From the NCBI GenBank assembly GCA_964057225.1, contig OZ059895.1:2108001-2172000 (forward strand): a DNA stretch of 64,000 nucleotides, written 5' to 3'. The position numbers were made by a program, and so were the translations under genes. The notes under the pieces are model-generated. The model searched no databases, was not told where the DNA came from, and was given only the letters and a program-made list of their open reading frames with translations. Origin of the DNA: Auanema rhodensis. Lineage: Eukaryota; Animalia; Nematoda. This document shows positions 23,701 through 39,060 of the stretch, piece by piece; within the stretch, counting starts at the first letter, position 1, and every line of letters begins with the position of its first letter.

Positions 23701-26004
23701 ACATGGAAACTCAACATACACTAATGCATCATTTTTCAAACGATCATAACTAATTTTTGTATTAAGCTTTTCTCAATGTAGTATAGTGCATTCGATGCGG
23801 ATTTTTAAGCTGCGTCGATCTGTGTTATCAGATTTGCGCTAGCTTAAAAATGCACCGAGATATCAACTGATATAAGTTTACACTTATATCCTCGATTTTC
23901 ACCCTGAAGAATTAATTTTTTCGTTGAATAACATTGTCCATCGTCTTTGCCTTGAAAAATGGAATCTAAAAACATCTACTTTTTGCTAAATTATTTCGAA
24001 ATTTTTCGAAAAAATTTTTGTCAAAATGTTTTTGGAAGCAATGTTGAGTGTACATGGAAACTCAACATACACTAATGCATCATTTTTCAAACGATCATAA
24101 CTAATTTTTGTATTAAGCGTTTCTCAATGTAGTATAGTGCATTCGATGCGGATTTTTAAGCTGCGTCGATCTGTGTTATCAGATTTGCGCTAGCTTAAAA
24201 ATGCACCGAGATATCAACTGATATAAGTTCACACTTATATCCTCGATTTTCACCCTGAAGAATTAATTTTTTCGTTGAATAACATCGTCCATCGTTTTTG
24301 CCTTGAAAAATGGAATCTAAAAACATCTACTTTTTGCTAAATTATTTTGAAATTTTTCGAAAAAATTTTTGTCAAAATGTTTTTGGAAGCAATGTTGAGT
24401 GTACATGGAAACTCAACATACACTAATGCATCATTTTTCAAACGATCATAACTAATTTTTGTATTAAGCTTTTCTCAATGTAGTATAGTGCATTCGATGC
24501 GGATTTTTAAGCTGCGTCGATCTGTGTTATCAGATTTGCGCTAGCTTAAAAATGCACCGAGATATCAACTGATATAAGTTTACACTTATATCCTCGATTT
24601 TCACCCTGAAGAATTGATTTTTTCGTTGAATAACATTGTCCATCGTCTTTGCCTTGAAAAATGGAATCTAAAAACATCTACTTTGTGCTAAATTATTTCG
24701 AAATTTTTCGAAAAAATTTTTGTCAAAATGTTTTTGGAAGCAATGTTGAGTGTACATGGAAACTCAACATACACTAATGCATCATTTTTCAAACGATCAT
24801 AAATAATTTTTGTATTAAGCGTTTCTCAATGTAGTATAGTGCATTCGATGCGGATTTTTAAGCTGCGTCGATCTGTGTTATCAGATTTGCGCTAGCTTAA
24901 AAATGCACCGAGATATCAACTGATATAAGTTTACACTTATATCCTCGATTTTCACCCTGAAGAATTAATTTTTTCGTTGAATAACATCGTCCATCGTCTT
25001 TGCCTTGAAAAATGGAATCTAAAAACATCTACTTTTTGCTAAATTATTTTGAAATTTTTCGAAAAAATTTTTGTCAAAATGTTTTTGGAAGCAATGTTGA
25101 GTGTACATGAAAACTCAACATACACTAATGCATCATTTTTCAAACGATCATAACTAATTTTTGTATTAAGCTTTTCTCAATGTAGTATAGTGCATTCGAT
25201 GCGGATTTTTAAGCTGCGTCGATCTGTGTTATCAGATTTGCGCTAGCTTAAAAATGCACCGAGATATCAACTGATATAAGTTTACACTTATATCCTCGAT
25301 TTTCACCCTGAAGAAATAATTTTTTCGTTGAATAACATCGTCCATCGTCTTTGCCTTGAAAAATGGAATCTAAAAACATCTACTTTTTGCTAAATTATTT
25401 TGAAATTTTTCGAAAAAATTTTTGTCAAAATGTTTTTGGAAGCAATGTTGAGTGTACGTGGAAACTCAACATACACTAATGCATCATTTTTCAAACGATC
25501 ATAACTAATTTTTGTATTAAGCTTTTCTCAATGTAGTATAGTGCATTCGATGCGGATTTTTAAGCTGCGTCGATCTGTGTTATCAGATTTGCGCTAGCTT
25601 AAAAATGCACCGAGATATCAACTGATATAAGTTTACACTTATATCCTCGATTTTCACCCTGAAGAATTAATTTTTTCGTTGAATAACATCGTCCATCGTC
25701 TTTGCCTTGAAAAATGGAATCTAAAAACATCTACTTTTTGCTAAATTATTTTGAAATTTTTCGAAAAAATTTTTGTCAAAATGTTTTTGGAAGCAATGTT
25801 GAGTGTACATGAAAACTCAACATACACTAATGCATCATTTTTCAAACGATTATAACTAATTTTTGTATTAAGCTTTTCTCAATGTAGTATAGTGCATTCG
25901 ATGCGGATTTTTAAGCTGCGTCGATCTGTGTTATCAGATTTGCGCTAGCTTAAAAATGCACCGAGATATCAACTGATATAAGTTCACACTTATATTCTTG
26001 ATTT

Positions 26005-28461
26005 TCACCCTGAAGAATTAATTTTTTCGTTGAATAACATTGTCCATCGTCTTTGCCTTGAAAAATGGAATCTAAAAACATCTACTTTTTGCTAAATTAT
26101 TTTGAAATTTTTCGAAAAAATTTTTGTCAAAATGTTTTTGGAAGCAATGTTGAGTGTACATGGAAACTCAACATACACTAATGCATCATTTTTCAAACGA
26201 TCATAACTAATTTTTGTATTAAGCTTTTCTCAATGTAGTATAGTGCATTCGATGCGGATTTTTAAGCTGCGTCGATCTGTGTTATCAGATTTGCGCTAGC
26301 TTAAAAATGCACCGAGATATCAACTGATATAAGTTCACACTTATATCCTCGATTTTCACCCTGAAGAATTAATTTTTTCGTTGAATAACATCGTCCATCG
26401 TCTTTGCCTTGAAAAATGGAATCTAAAAACATCTACTTTTTGCTAAATTATTTTGAAATTTTTCGAAAAAATTTTTGTCAAAATGTTTTTGGAAGCAATG
26501 TTGAGTGTACATGGAAACTCAACATACACTAATGCATCATTTTTCAAACGATCATAACTAATTTTTGTATTAAGCTTTTCTCAATGTAGTATAGTGCATT
26601 CGATGCGGATTTTTAAGCTGCGTCGATCTGTGTTATCAGATTTGCGCTAGCTTAAAAATGCACCGAGATATCAACTGATATAAGTTCACACTTATATCCT
26701 CGATTTTCACCCTGAAGAATTAATTTTTTCGTTGAATAACATTGTCCATCGTCTTTGCCTTGAAAAATGGAATCTAAAAACATCTACTTTTTGCTAAATT
26801 ATTTTGAAATTTTTCGAAAAAATTTTTGTCAAAATGTTTTTGGAAGCAATGTTGAGTGTACATGGAAACTCAACATACACTAATGCATCATTTTTCAAAC
26901 GATCATAACTAATTTTTGTATTAAGCTTTTCTCAATGTAGTATAGTGCATTCGATGCGGATTTTTAAGCTGCGTCGATCTGTGTTATCAGATTTGCGCTA
27001 GCTTAAAAATGCACCGAGATATCAACTGATATAAGTTCACACTTATATTCTTGATTTTCACCCTGAAGAATTAATTTTTTCGTTGAATAACATTGTCCAT
27101 CGTCTTTGCCTTGAAAAATGGAATCTAAAAACATCTACTTTTTGCTAAATTATTTTGAAAGTTTTCGAAAAAATTTTTGTCAAAATGTTTTTGGAAGCAA
27201 TGTTGAGTGTACATGAAAACTCAACATACACTAATGCATCATTTTTCAAACGATTATAACTAATTTTTGTATTAAGCTTTTCTCAATGTAGTATAGTGCA
27301 TTCGATGCGGATTTTTAAGCTGCGTCGATCTGTGTTATCAGATTTGCGCTAGCTTAAAAATGCACCGAGATATCAACTGATATAAGTTCACACTTATATT
27401 CTTGATTTTCACCCTGAAGAATTAATTTTTTCGTTGAATAACATTGTCCATCGTCTTTGCCTTGAAAAATGGAATCTAAAAACATCTACTTTTTGCTAAA
27501 TTATTTTGAAATTTTTCGAAAAAATTTTTGTCAAAATGTTTTTGGAAGCAATGTTGAGTGTACATGAAAACTCAACATACACTAATGCATCATTTTTCAA
27601 ACGATTATAACTAATTTTTGTATTAAGCTTTTCTCAATGTAGTATAGTGCATTCGATGCGGATTTTTAAGCTGCGTCGATCTGTGTTATCAGATTTGCGC
27701 TAGCTTAAAAATGCACCGAGATATCAACTGATATAAGTTCACACTTATATTCTTGATTTTCACCCTGAAGAATTAATTTTTTCGTTGAATAACATTGTCC
27801 ATCGTCTTTGCCTTGAAAAATGGAATCTAAAAACATCTACTTTTTGCTAAATTATTTTGAAATTTTTCGAAAAAATTTTTGTCAAAATGTTTTTGGAAGC
27901 AATGTTGAGTGTACATGGAAACTCAACATACACTAATGCATCATTTTTCAAACGATCATAACTAATTTTTGTATTAAGCTTTTCTCAATGTAGTATAGTG
28001 CATTCGATGCGGATTTTTAAGCTGCGTCGATCTGTGTTATCAGATTTGCGCTAGCTTAAAAATGCACCGAGATATCAACTGATATAAGTTCACACTTATA
28101 TCCTCGATTTTCACCCTGAAGAATTAATTTTTTCGTTGAATAACATCGTCCATCGTCTTTGCCTTGAAAAATGGAATCTAAAAACATCTACTTTTTGCTA
28201 AATTATTTTGAAATTTTTCGAAAAAATTTTTGTCAAAATGTTTTTGGAAGCAATGTTGAGTGTACATGGAAACTCAACATACACTAATGCATCATTTTTC
28301 AAACGATCATAACTAATTTTTGTATTAAGCTTTTCTCAATGTAGTATAGTGCATTCGATGCGGATTTTTAAGCTGCGTCGATCTGTGTTATCAGATTTGC
28401 GCTAGCTTAAAAATGCACCGAGATATCAACTGATATAAGTTTACACTTATATCCTCGATTT
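26005..28461. repeat. 7-monomer cassette (2457 bp), recurring at 31621, 42161 (6 monomers), 46022 and 50585
   Basis: The fourth monomer carries the private GAAAGTTTTCG variant (27161, 32777, 43317, 47178, 51741), with the same order of neighbouring monomer types each time. Confidence 0.88.
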
Positions 28462-31400
28462 TCACCCTGAAGAATTAATTTTTTCGTTGAATAACATCGT
28501 CCATCGTCTTTGCCTTGAAAAATGGAATCTAAAAACATCTACTTTTTGCTAAATTATTTTGAAATTTTTCGAAAAAATTTTTGTCAAAATGTTTTTGGAA
28601 GCAATGTTGAGTGTACGTGGAAACTCAACATACACTAATGCATCATTTTTCAAACGATCATAACTAATTTTTGTATTAAGCTTTTCTCAATGTAGTATAG
28701 TGCATTCGATGCGGATTTTTAAGCTGCGTCGATCTGTGTTATCAGATTTGCGCTAGCTTAAAAATGCACCGAGATATCAACTGATATAAGTTTACACTTA
28801 TATCCTCGATTTTCACCCTGAAGAATTAATTTTTTCGTTGAATAACATCGTCCATCGTCTTTGCCTTGAAAAATGGAATCTAAAAACATCTACTTTTTGC
28901 TAAATTATTTTGAAATTTTTCGAAAAAATTTTTGTCAAAATGTTTTTGGAAGCAATGTTGAGTGTACATGAAAACTCAACATACACTAATGCATCATTTT
29001 TCAAACGATTATAACTAATTTTTGTATTAAGCTTTTCTCAATGTAGTATAGTGCATTCGATGCGGATTTTTAAGCTGCGTCGATCTGTGTTATCAGATTT
29101 GCGCTAGCTTAAAAATGCACCGAGATATCAACTGATATAAGTTCACACTTATATTCTTGATTTTCACCCTGAAGAATTAATTTTTTCGTTGAATAACATT
29201 GTCCTTCGTCTTTGCCTTGAAAAAAGGAATCTAAAAACATCTACTTTTTGCTAAATTATTTTGAAATTTTTCGAAAAAATTTTTGTCAAAATGTTTTTGG
29301 AAGCAATGTTGAGTGTACATGGAAACTCAACATACACTAATGCATCATTTTTCAAACGATCATAACTAATTTTTGTATTAAGCGTTTCTCAATGTAGTAT
29401 AGTGCATTCGATGCGGATTTTTAAGCTGCGTCGATCTGTGTTATCAGATTTGCGCTAGCTTAAAAATGCACCGAGATATCAACTGATATAAGTTCACACT
29501 TATATCCTCGATTTTCACCCTGAAGAATTTATTTTTTCGTTGAATAACATTGTCCTTCGTCTTTGCCTTGAAAAAAGGAATCTAAAAACATCTACTTTTT
29601 GCTAAATTATTTTGAAATTTTTCGAAAAAATTTTTGTCAAAATGTTTTTGGAAGCAATGTTGAGTGTACATGGAAACTCAACATACACTAATGCATCATT
29701 TTTCAAACGATCATAACTAATTTTTGTATTAAGCTTTTCTCAATGTAGTATAGTGCATTCGATGCGGATTTTTAAGCTGCGTCGATCTGTGTTATCAGAT
29801 TTGCGCTAGCTTAAAAATGCACCGAGATATCAACTGATATAAGTTTACACTTATATCCTCGATTTTCACCCTGAAGAATTAATTTTTTCGTTGAATAACA
29901 TCGTCCATCGTCTTTGCCTTGAAAAATGGAATCTAAAAACATCTACTTTTTGCTAAATTATTTTGAAATTTTTCGAAAAAATTTTTGTCAAAATGTTTTT
30001 GGAAGCAATGTTGAGTGTACGTGGAAACTCAACATACACTAATGCATCATTTTTCAAACGATCATAACTAATTTTTGTATTAAGCTTTTCTCAATGTAGT
30101 ATAGTGCATTCGATGCGGATTTTTAAGCTGCGTCGATCTGTGTTATCAGATTTGCGCTAGCTTAAAAATGCACCGAGATATCAACTGATATAAGTTTACA
30201 CTTATATCCTCGATTTTCACCCTGAAGAATTAATTTTTTCGTTGAATAACATCGTCCATCGTCTTTGCCTTGAAAAATGGAATCTAAAAACATCTACTTT
30301 TTGCTAAATTATTTTGAAATTTTTCGAAAAAATTTTTGTCAAAATGTTTTTGGAAGCAATGTTGAGTGTACATGAAAACTCAACATACACTAATGCATCA
30401 TTTTTCAAACGATTATAACTAATTTTTGTATTAAGCTTTTCTCAATGTAGTATAGTGCATTCGATGCCGATTTTTAAGCTGCGTCGATCTGTGTTATCAG
30501 ATTTGCGCTAGCTTAAAAATGCACCGAGATATCAACTGATATAAGTTCACACTTATATTCTTGATTTTCACCCTGAAGAATTAATTTTTTCGTTGAATAA
30601 CATTGTCCATCGTCTTTGCCTTGAAAAATGGAATCTAAAAACATCTACTTTTTGCTAAATTATTTTAAAATTTTTCGAAAAAATTTTTGTCAAAATGTTT
30701 TTGGAAGCAATGTTGAGTGTACATGAAAACTCAACATACACTAATGCATCATTTTTCAAACGATTATAACTAATTTTTGTATTAAGCTTTTCTCAATGTA
30801 GTATAGTGCATTCGATGCGGATTTTTAAGCTGCGTCGATCTGTGTTATCAGATTTGCGCTAGCTTAAAAATGCACCGAGATATCAACTGATATAAGTTCA
30901 CACTTATATTCTTGATTTTCACCCTGAAGAATTAATTTTTTCGTTGAATAACATTGTCCATCGTCTTTGCCTTGAAAAATGGAATCTAAAAACATCTACT
31001 TTTTGCTAAATTATTTTGAAATTTTTCGAAAAAATTTTTGTCAAAATGTTTTTGGAAGCAATGTTGAGTGTACATGAAAACTCAACATACACTAATGCAT
31101 CATTTTTCAAACGATTATAACTAATTTTTGTATTAAGCTTTTCTCAATGTAGTATAGTGCATTCGATGCGGATTTTTAAGCTGCGTCGATCTGTGTTATC
31201 AGATTTGCGCTAGCTTAAAAATGCACCGAGATATCAACTGATATAAGTTCACACTTATATTCTTGATTTTCACCCTGAAGAATTAATTTTTTCGTTGAAT
31301 AACATTGTCCATCGTCTTTGCCTTGAAAAATGGAATCTAAAAACATCTACTTTTTGCTAAATTATTTTGAAATTTTTCGAAAAAATTTTTGTCAAAATGT

Positions 31401-34400
31401 TTTTGGAAGCAATGTTGAGTGTACATGAAAACTCAACATACACTAATGCATCATTTTTCAAACGATTATAACTAATTTTTGTATTAAGCTTTTCTCAATG
31501 TAGTATAGTGCATTCGATGCGGATTTTTAAGCTGCGTCGATCTGTGTTATCAGATTTGCGCTAGCTTAAAAATGCACCGAGATATCAACTGATATAAGTT
31601 CACACTTATATTCTTGATTTTCACCCTGAAGAATTAATTTTTTCGTTGAATAACATTGTCCATCGTCTTTGCCTTGAAAAATGGAATCTAAAAACATCTA
31701 CTTTTTGCTAAATTATTTTGAAATTTTTCGAAAAAATTTTTGTCAAAATGTTTTTGGAAGCAATGTTGAGTGTACATGGAAACTCAACATACACTAATGC
31801 ATCATTTTTCAAACGATCATAACTAATTTTTGTATTAAGCTTTTCTCAATGTAGTATAGTGCATTCGATGCGGATTTTTAAGCTGCGTCGATCTGTGTTA
31901 TCAGATTTGCGCTAGCTTAAAAATGCACCGAGATATCAACTGATATAAGTTCACACTTATATCCTCGATTTTCACCCTGAAGAATTAATTTTTTCGTTGA
32001 ATAACATCGTCCATCGTCTTTGCCTTGAAAAATGGAATCTAAAAACATCTACTTTTTGCTAAATTATTTTGAAATTTTTCGAAAAAATTTTTGTCAAAAT
32101 GTTTTTGGAAGCAATGTTGAGTGTACATGGAAACTCAACATACACTAATGCATCATTTTTCAAACGATCATAACTAATTTTTGTATTAAGCTTTTCTCAA
32201 TGTAGTATAGTGCATTCGATGCGGATTTTTAAGCTGCGTCGATCTGTGTTATCAGATTTGCGCTAGCTTAAAAATGCACCGAGATATCAACTGATATAAG
32301 TTCACACTTATATCCTCGATTTTCACCCTGAAGAATTAATTTTTTCGTTGAATAACATTGTCCATCGTCTTTGCCTTGAAAAATGGAATCTAAAAACATC
32401 TACTTTTTGCTAAATTATTTTGAAATTTTTCGAAAAAATTTTTGTCAAAATGTTTTTGGAAGCAATGTTGAGTGTACATGGAAACTCAACATACACTAAT
32501 GCATCATTTTTCAAACGATCATAACTAATTTTTGTATTAAGCTTTTCTCAATGTAGTATAGTGCATTCGATGCGGATTTTTAAGCTGCGTCGATCTGTGT
32601 TATCAGATTTGCGCTAGCTTAAAAATGCACCGAGATATCAACTGATATAAGTTCACACTTATATTCTTGATTTTCACCCTGAAGAATTAATTTTTTCGTT
32701 GAATAACATTGTCCATCGTCTTTGCCTTGAAAAATGGAATCTAAAAACATCTACTTTTTGCTAAATTATTTTGAAAGTTTTCGAAAAAATTTTTGTCAAA
32801 ATGTTTTTGGAAGCAATGTTGAGTGTACATGAAAACTCAACATACACTAATGCATCATTTTTCAAACGATTATAACTAATTTTTGTATTAAGCTTTTCTC
32901 AATGTAGTATAGTGCATTCGATGCGGATTTTTAAGCTGCGTCGATCTGTGTTATCAGATTTGCGCTAGCTTAAAAATGCACCGAGATATCAACTGATATA
33001 AGTTCACACTTATATTCTTGATTTTCACCCTGAAGAATTAATTTTTTCGTTGAATAACATTGTCCATCGTCTTTGCCTTGAAAAATGGAATCTAAAAACA
33101 TCTACTTTTTGCTAAATTATTTTGAAATTTTTCGAAAAAATTTTTGTCAAAATGTTTTTGGAAGCAATGTTGAGTGTACATGAAAACTCAACATACACTA
33201 ATGCATCATTTTTCAAACGATTATAACTAATTTTTGTATTAAGCTTTTCTCAATGTAGTATAGTGCATTCGATGCGGATTTTTAAGCTGCGTCGATCTGT
33301 GTTATCAGATTTGCGCTAGCTTAAAAATGCACCGAGATATCAACTGATATAAGTTCACACTTATATTCTTGATTTTCACCCTGAAGAATTAATTTTTTCG
33401 TTGAATAACATTGTCCATCGTCTTTGCCTTGAAAAATGGAATCTAAAAACATCTACTTTTTGCTAAATTATTTTGAAATTTTTCGAAAAAATTTTTGTCA
33501 AAATGTTTTTGGAAGCAATGTTGAGTGTACATGGAAACTCAACATACACTAATGCATCATTTTTCAAACGATCATAACTAATTTTTGTATTAAGCTTTTC
33601 TCAATGTAGTATAGTGCATTCGATGCGGATTTTTAAGCTGCGTCGATCTGTGTTATCAGATTTGCGCTAGCTTAAAAATGCACCGAGATATCAACTGATA
33701 TAAGTTCACACTTATATCCTCGATTTTCACCCTGAAGAATTAATTTTTTCGTTGAATAACATCGTCCATCGTCTTTGCCTTGAAAAATGGAATCTAAAAA
33801 CATCTACTTTTTGCTAAATTATTTTGAAATTTTTCGAAAAAATTTTTGTCAAAATGTTTTTGGAAGCAATGTTGAGTGTACATGGAAACTCAACATACAC
33901 TAATGCATCATTTTTCAAACGATCATAACTAATTTTTGTATTAAGCTTTTCTCAATGTAGTATAGTGCATTCGATGCGGATTTTTAAGCTGCGTCGATCT
34001 GTGTTATCAGATTTGCGCTAGCTTAAAAATGCACCGAGATATCAACTGATATAAGTTTACACTTATATCCTCGATTTTCACCCTGAAGAATTAATTTTTT
34101 CGTTGAATAACATCGTCCATCGTCTTTGCCTTGAAAAATGGAATCTAAAAACATCTACTTTTTGCTAAATTATTTTGAAATTTTTCGAAAAAATTTTTGT
34201 CAAAATGTTTTTGGAAGCAATGTTGAGTGTACGTGGAAACTCAACATACACTAATGCATCATTTTTCAAACGATCATAACTAATTTTTGTATTAAGCTTT
34301 TCTCAATGTAGTATAGTGCATTCGTTGCGGATTTTTAAGCTGCGTCGATCTGTGTTATCAGATTTGCGCTAGCTTAAAAATGCACCGAGATATCAACTGA

Positions 34401-37400
34401 TATAAGTTTACACTTATATCCTCGATTTTCACCCTGAAGAATTAATTTTTTCGTTGAATAACATCGTCCATCGTCTTTGCCTTGAAAAATGGAATCTAAA
34501 AACATCTACTTTTTGCTAAATTATTTTGAAATTTTTCGAAAAAATTTTTGTCAAAATGTTTTTGGAAGCAATGTTGAGTGTACATGAAAACTCAACATAC
34601 ACTAATGCATCATTTTTCAAACGATTATAACTAATTTTTGTATTAAGCTTTTCTCAATGTAGTATAGTGCATTCGATGCGGATTTTTAAGCTGCGTCGAT
34701 CTGTGTTATCAGATTTGCGCTAGCTTAAAAATGCACCGAGATATCAACTGATATAAGTTTACACTTATATCCTCGATTTTCACCCTGAAGAATTAATTTT
34801 TTCGTTGAATAACATCGTCCATCGTCTTTGCCTTGAAAAATGGAATCTAAAAACATCTACTTTTTGCTAAATTATTTTGAAATTTTTCGAAAAAATTTTT
34901 GTCAAAATGTTTTTGGAAGCAATGTTGAGTGTACGTGGAAACTCAACATACACTAATGCATCATTTTTCAAACGATCATAACTAATTTTTGTATTAAGCT
35001 TTTCTCAATGTAGTATAGTGCATTCGTTGCGGATTTTTAAGCTGCGTCGATCTGTGTTATCAGATTTGCGCTAGCTTAAAAATGCACCGAGATATCAACT
35101 GATATAAGTTTACACTTATATCCTCGATTTTCACCCTGAAGAATTAATTTTTTCGTTGAATAACATCGTCCATCGTCTTTGCCTTGAAAAATGGAATCTA
35201 AAAACATCTACTTTTTGCTAAATTATTTTGAAATTTTTCGAAAAAATTTTTGTCAAAATGTTTTTGGAAGCAATGTTGAGTGTACATGAAAACTCAACAT
35301 ACACTAATGCATCATTTTTCAAACGATTATAACTAATTTTTGTATTAAGCTTTTCTCAATGTAGTATAGTGCATTCGATGCCGATTTTTAAGCTGCGTCG
35401 ATCTGTGTTATCAGATTTGCGCTAGCTTAAAAATGCACCGAGATATCAACTGATATAAGTTCACACTTATATTCTTGATTTTCACCCTGAAGAATTAATT
35501 TTTTCGTTGAATAACATTGTCCATCGTCTTTGCCTTGAAAAATGGAATCTAAAAACATCTACTTTTTGCTAAATTATTTTAAAATTTTTCGAAAAAATTT
35601 TTGTCAAAATGTTTTTGGAAGCAATGTTGAGTGTACATGAAAACTCAACATACACTAATGCATCATTTTTCAAACGATTATAACTAATTTTTGTATTAAG
35701 CTTTTCTCAATGTAGTATAGTGCATTCGATGCGGATTTTTAAGCTGCGTCGATCTGTGTTATCAGATTTGCGCTAGCTTAAAAATGCACCGAGATATCAA
35801 CTGATATAAGTTCACACTTATATTCTTGATTTTCACCCTGAAGAATTAATTTTTTCGTTGAATAACATTGTCCATCGTCTTTGCCTTGAAAAATGGAATC
35901 TAAAAACATCTACTTTTTGCTAAATTATTTTGAAATTTTTCGAAAAAATTTTTGTCAAAATGTTTTTGGAAGCAATGTTGAGTGTACATGAAAACTCAAC
36001 ATACACTAATGCATCATTTTTCAAACGATTATAACTAATTTTTGTATTAAGCTTTTCTCAATGTAGTATAGTGCATTCGATGCGGATTTTTAAGCTGCGT
36101 CGATCTGTGTTATCAGATTTGCGCTAGCTTAAAAATGCACCGAGATATCAACTGATATAAGTTCACACTTATATTCTTGATTTTCACCCTGAAGAATTAA
36201 TTTTTTCGTTGAATAACATTGTCCTTCGTCTTTGCCTTGAAAAAAGGAATCTAAAAACATCTACTTTTTGCTAAATTATTTTGAAATTTTTCGAAAAAAT
36301 TTTTGTCAAAATGTTTTTGGAAGCAATGTTGAGTGTACATGGAAACTCAACATACACTAATGCATCATTTTTCAAACGATCATAACTAATTTTTGTATTA
36401 AGCGTTTCTCAATGTAGTATAGTGCATTCGATGCGGATTTTTAAGCTGCGTCGATCTGTGTTATCAGATTTGCGCTAGCTTAAAAATGCACCGAGATATC
36501 AACTGATATAAGTTCACACTTATATCCTCGATTTTCACCCTGAAGAATTTATTTTTTCGTTGAATAACATTGTCCTTCGTCTTTGCCTTGAAAAAAGGAA
36601 TCTAAAAACATCTACTTTTTGCTAAATTATTTTGAAATTTTTCGAAAAAATTTTTGTCAAAATGTTTTTGGAAGCAATGTTGAGTGTACATGGAAACTCA
36701 ACATACACTAATGCATCATTTTTCAAACGATCATAACTAATTTTTGTATTAAGCTTTTCTCAATGTAGTATAGTGCATTCGATGCGGATTTTTAAGCTGC
36801 GTCGATCTGTGTTATCAGATTTGCGCTAGCTTAAAAATGCACCGAGATATCAACTGATATAAGTTTACACTTATATCCTCGATTTTCACCCTGAAGAATT
36901 AATTTTTTCGTTGAATAACATCGTCCATCGTCTTTGCCTTGAAAAATGGAATCTAAAAACATCTACTTTGTGCTAAATTATTTCGAAATTTTTCGAAAAA
37001 ATTTTTGTCAAAATGTTTTTGGAAGCAATGTTGAGTGTACATGGAAACTCAACATACACTAATGCATCATTTTTCAAACGATCATAACTAATTTTTGTAT
37101 TAAGCTTTCCTCAATGTAGTATAGTGCATTCGATGCGGATTTTTAAGCTGCGTCGATCTGTGTTATCAGATTTGCGCTAGCTTAAAAATGCACCGAGATA
37201 TCAACTGATATAAGTTTACACTTATATCCTCGATTTTCACCCTGAAGAATTAATTTTTTCGTTGAATAACATTGTCCATCGTCTTTGCCTTGAAAAATGG
37301 AATCTAAAAACATCTACTTTTTGCTAAATTATTTCGAAATTTTTCGAAAAAATTTTTGTCAAAATGTTTTTGGAAGCAATGTTGAGTGTACATGGAAACT

Positions 37401-39050
37401 CAACATACACTAATGCATCATTTTTCAAACGATCATAACTAATTTTTGTATTAAGCTTTTCTCAATGTAGTATAGTGCATTCGATGCGGATTTTTAAGCT
37501 GCGTCGATCTGTGTTATCAGATTTGCGCTAGCTTAAAAATGCACCGAGATATCAACTGATATAAGTTTACACTTATATCCTCGATTTTCACCCTGAAGAA
37601 TTAATTTTTTCGTTGAATAACATTGTCCATCGTCTTTGCCTTGAAAAATGGAATCTAAAAACATCTACTTTGTGCTAAATTATTTCGAAATTTTTCGAAA
37701 AAATTTTTGTCAAAATGTTTTTGGAAGCAATGTTGAGTGTACATGGAAACTCAACATACACTAATGCATCATTTTTCAAACGATCATAACTAATTTTTGT
37801 ATTAAGCGTTTCTCAATGTAGTATAGTGCATTCGATGCGGATTTTTAAGCTGCGTCGATCTGTGTTATCAGATTTGCGCTAGCTTAAAAATGCACCGAGA
37901 TATCAACTGATATAAGTTCACACTTATATCCTCGATTTTCACCCTGAAGAATTAATTTTTTCGTTGAATAACATCGTCCATCGTCTTTGCCTTAAAAAAT
38001 GGAATCTAAAAACATCTACTTTTTGCTAAATTATTTTGAAATTTTTCGAAAAAATTTTTGTCAAAATGTTTTTGGAAGCAATGTTGAGTGTACATGGAAA
38101 CTCAACATACACTAATGCATCATTTTTCAAACGATCATAACTAATTTTTGTATTAAGCTTTTCTCAATGTAGTATAGTGCATTCGATGCGGATTTTTAAG
38201 CTGCGTCGATCTGTGTTATCAGATTTGCGCTAGCTTAAAAATGCACCGAGATATCAACTGATATAAGTTTACACTTATATCCTCGATTTTCACCCTGAAG
38301 AATTAATTTTTTCGTTGAATAACATTGTCCATCGTCTTTGCCTTGAAAAATGGAATCTAAAAACATCTACTTTTTGCTAAATTATTTCGAAATTTTTCGA
38401 AAAAATTTTTGTCAAAATGTTTTTGGAAGCAATGTTGAGTGTACATGGAAACTCAACATACACTAATGCATCATTTTTCAAACGATCATAACTAATTTTT
38501 GTATTAAGCGTTTCTCAATGTAGTATAGTGCATTCGATGCGGATTTTTAAGCTGCGTCGATCTGTGTTATCAGATTTGCGCTAGCTTAAAAATGCACCGA
38601 GATATCAACTGATATAAGTTCACACTTATATCCTCGATTTTCACCCTGAAGAATTAATTTTTTCGTTGAATAACATTGTCCTTCGTCTTTGCCTTGAAAA
38701 AAGGAATCTAAAAACATCTACTTTTTGCTAAATTATTTTGAAATTTTTCGAAAAAATTTTTGTCAAAATGTTTTTGGAAGCAATGTTGAGTGTACATGGA
38801 AACTCAACATACACTAATGCATCATTTTTCAAACGATCATAACTAATTTTTGTATTAAGCTTTTCTCAATGTAGTATAGTGCATTCGATGCGGATTTTTA
38901 AGCTGCGTCGATCTGTGTTATCAGATTTGCGCTAGCTTAAAAATGCACCGAGATATCAACTGATATAAGTTTACACTTATATCCTCGATTTTCACCCTGA
39001 AGAATTAATTTTTTCGTTGAATAACATCGTCCATCGTCTTTGCCTTAAAA

Positions 39051-39060
39051 AAATAAAATA
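39051..39060. other. Unique 10-bp A-rich insertion (AAATAAAATA), giving a 361-bp monomer (38992-39352)
   Basis: TGCCTTAAAA-AAATAAAATA-AATGGAATCT versus TGCCTT(G/A)AAA-AATGGAATCT; the register shifts by +10 afterwards. Confidence 0.93.
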
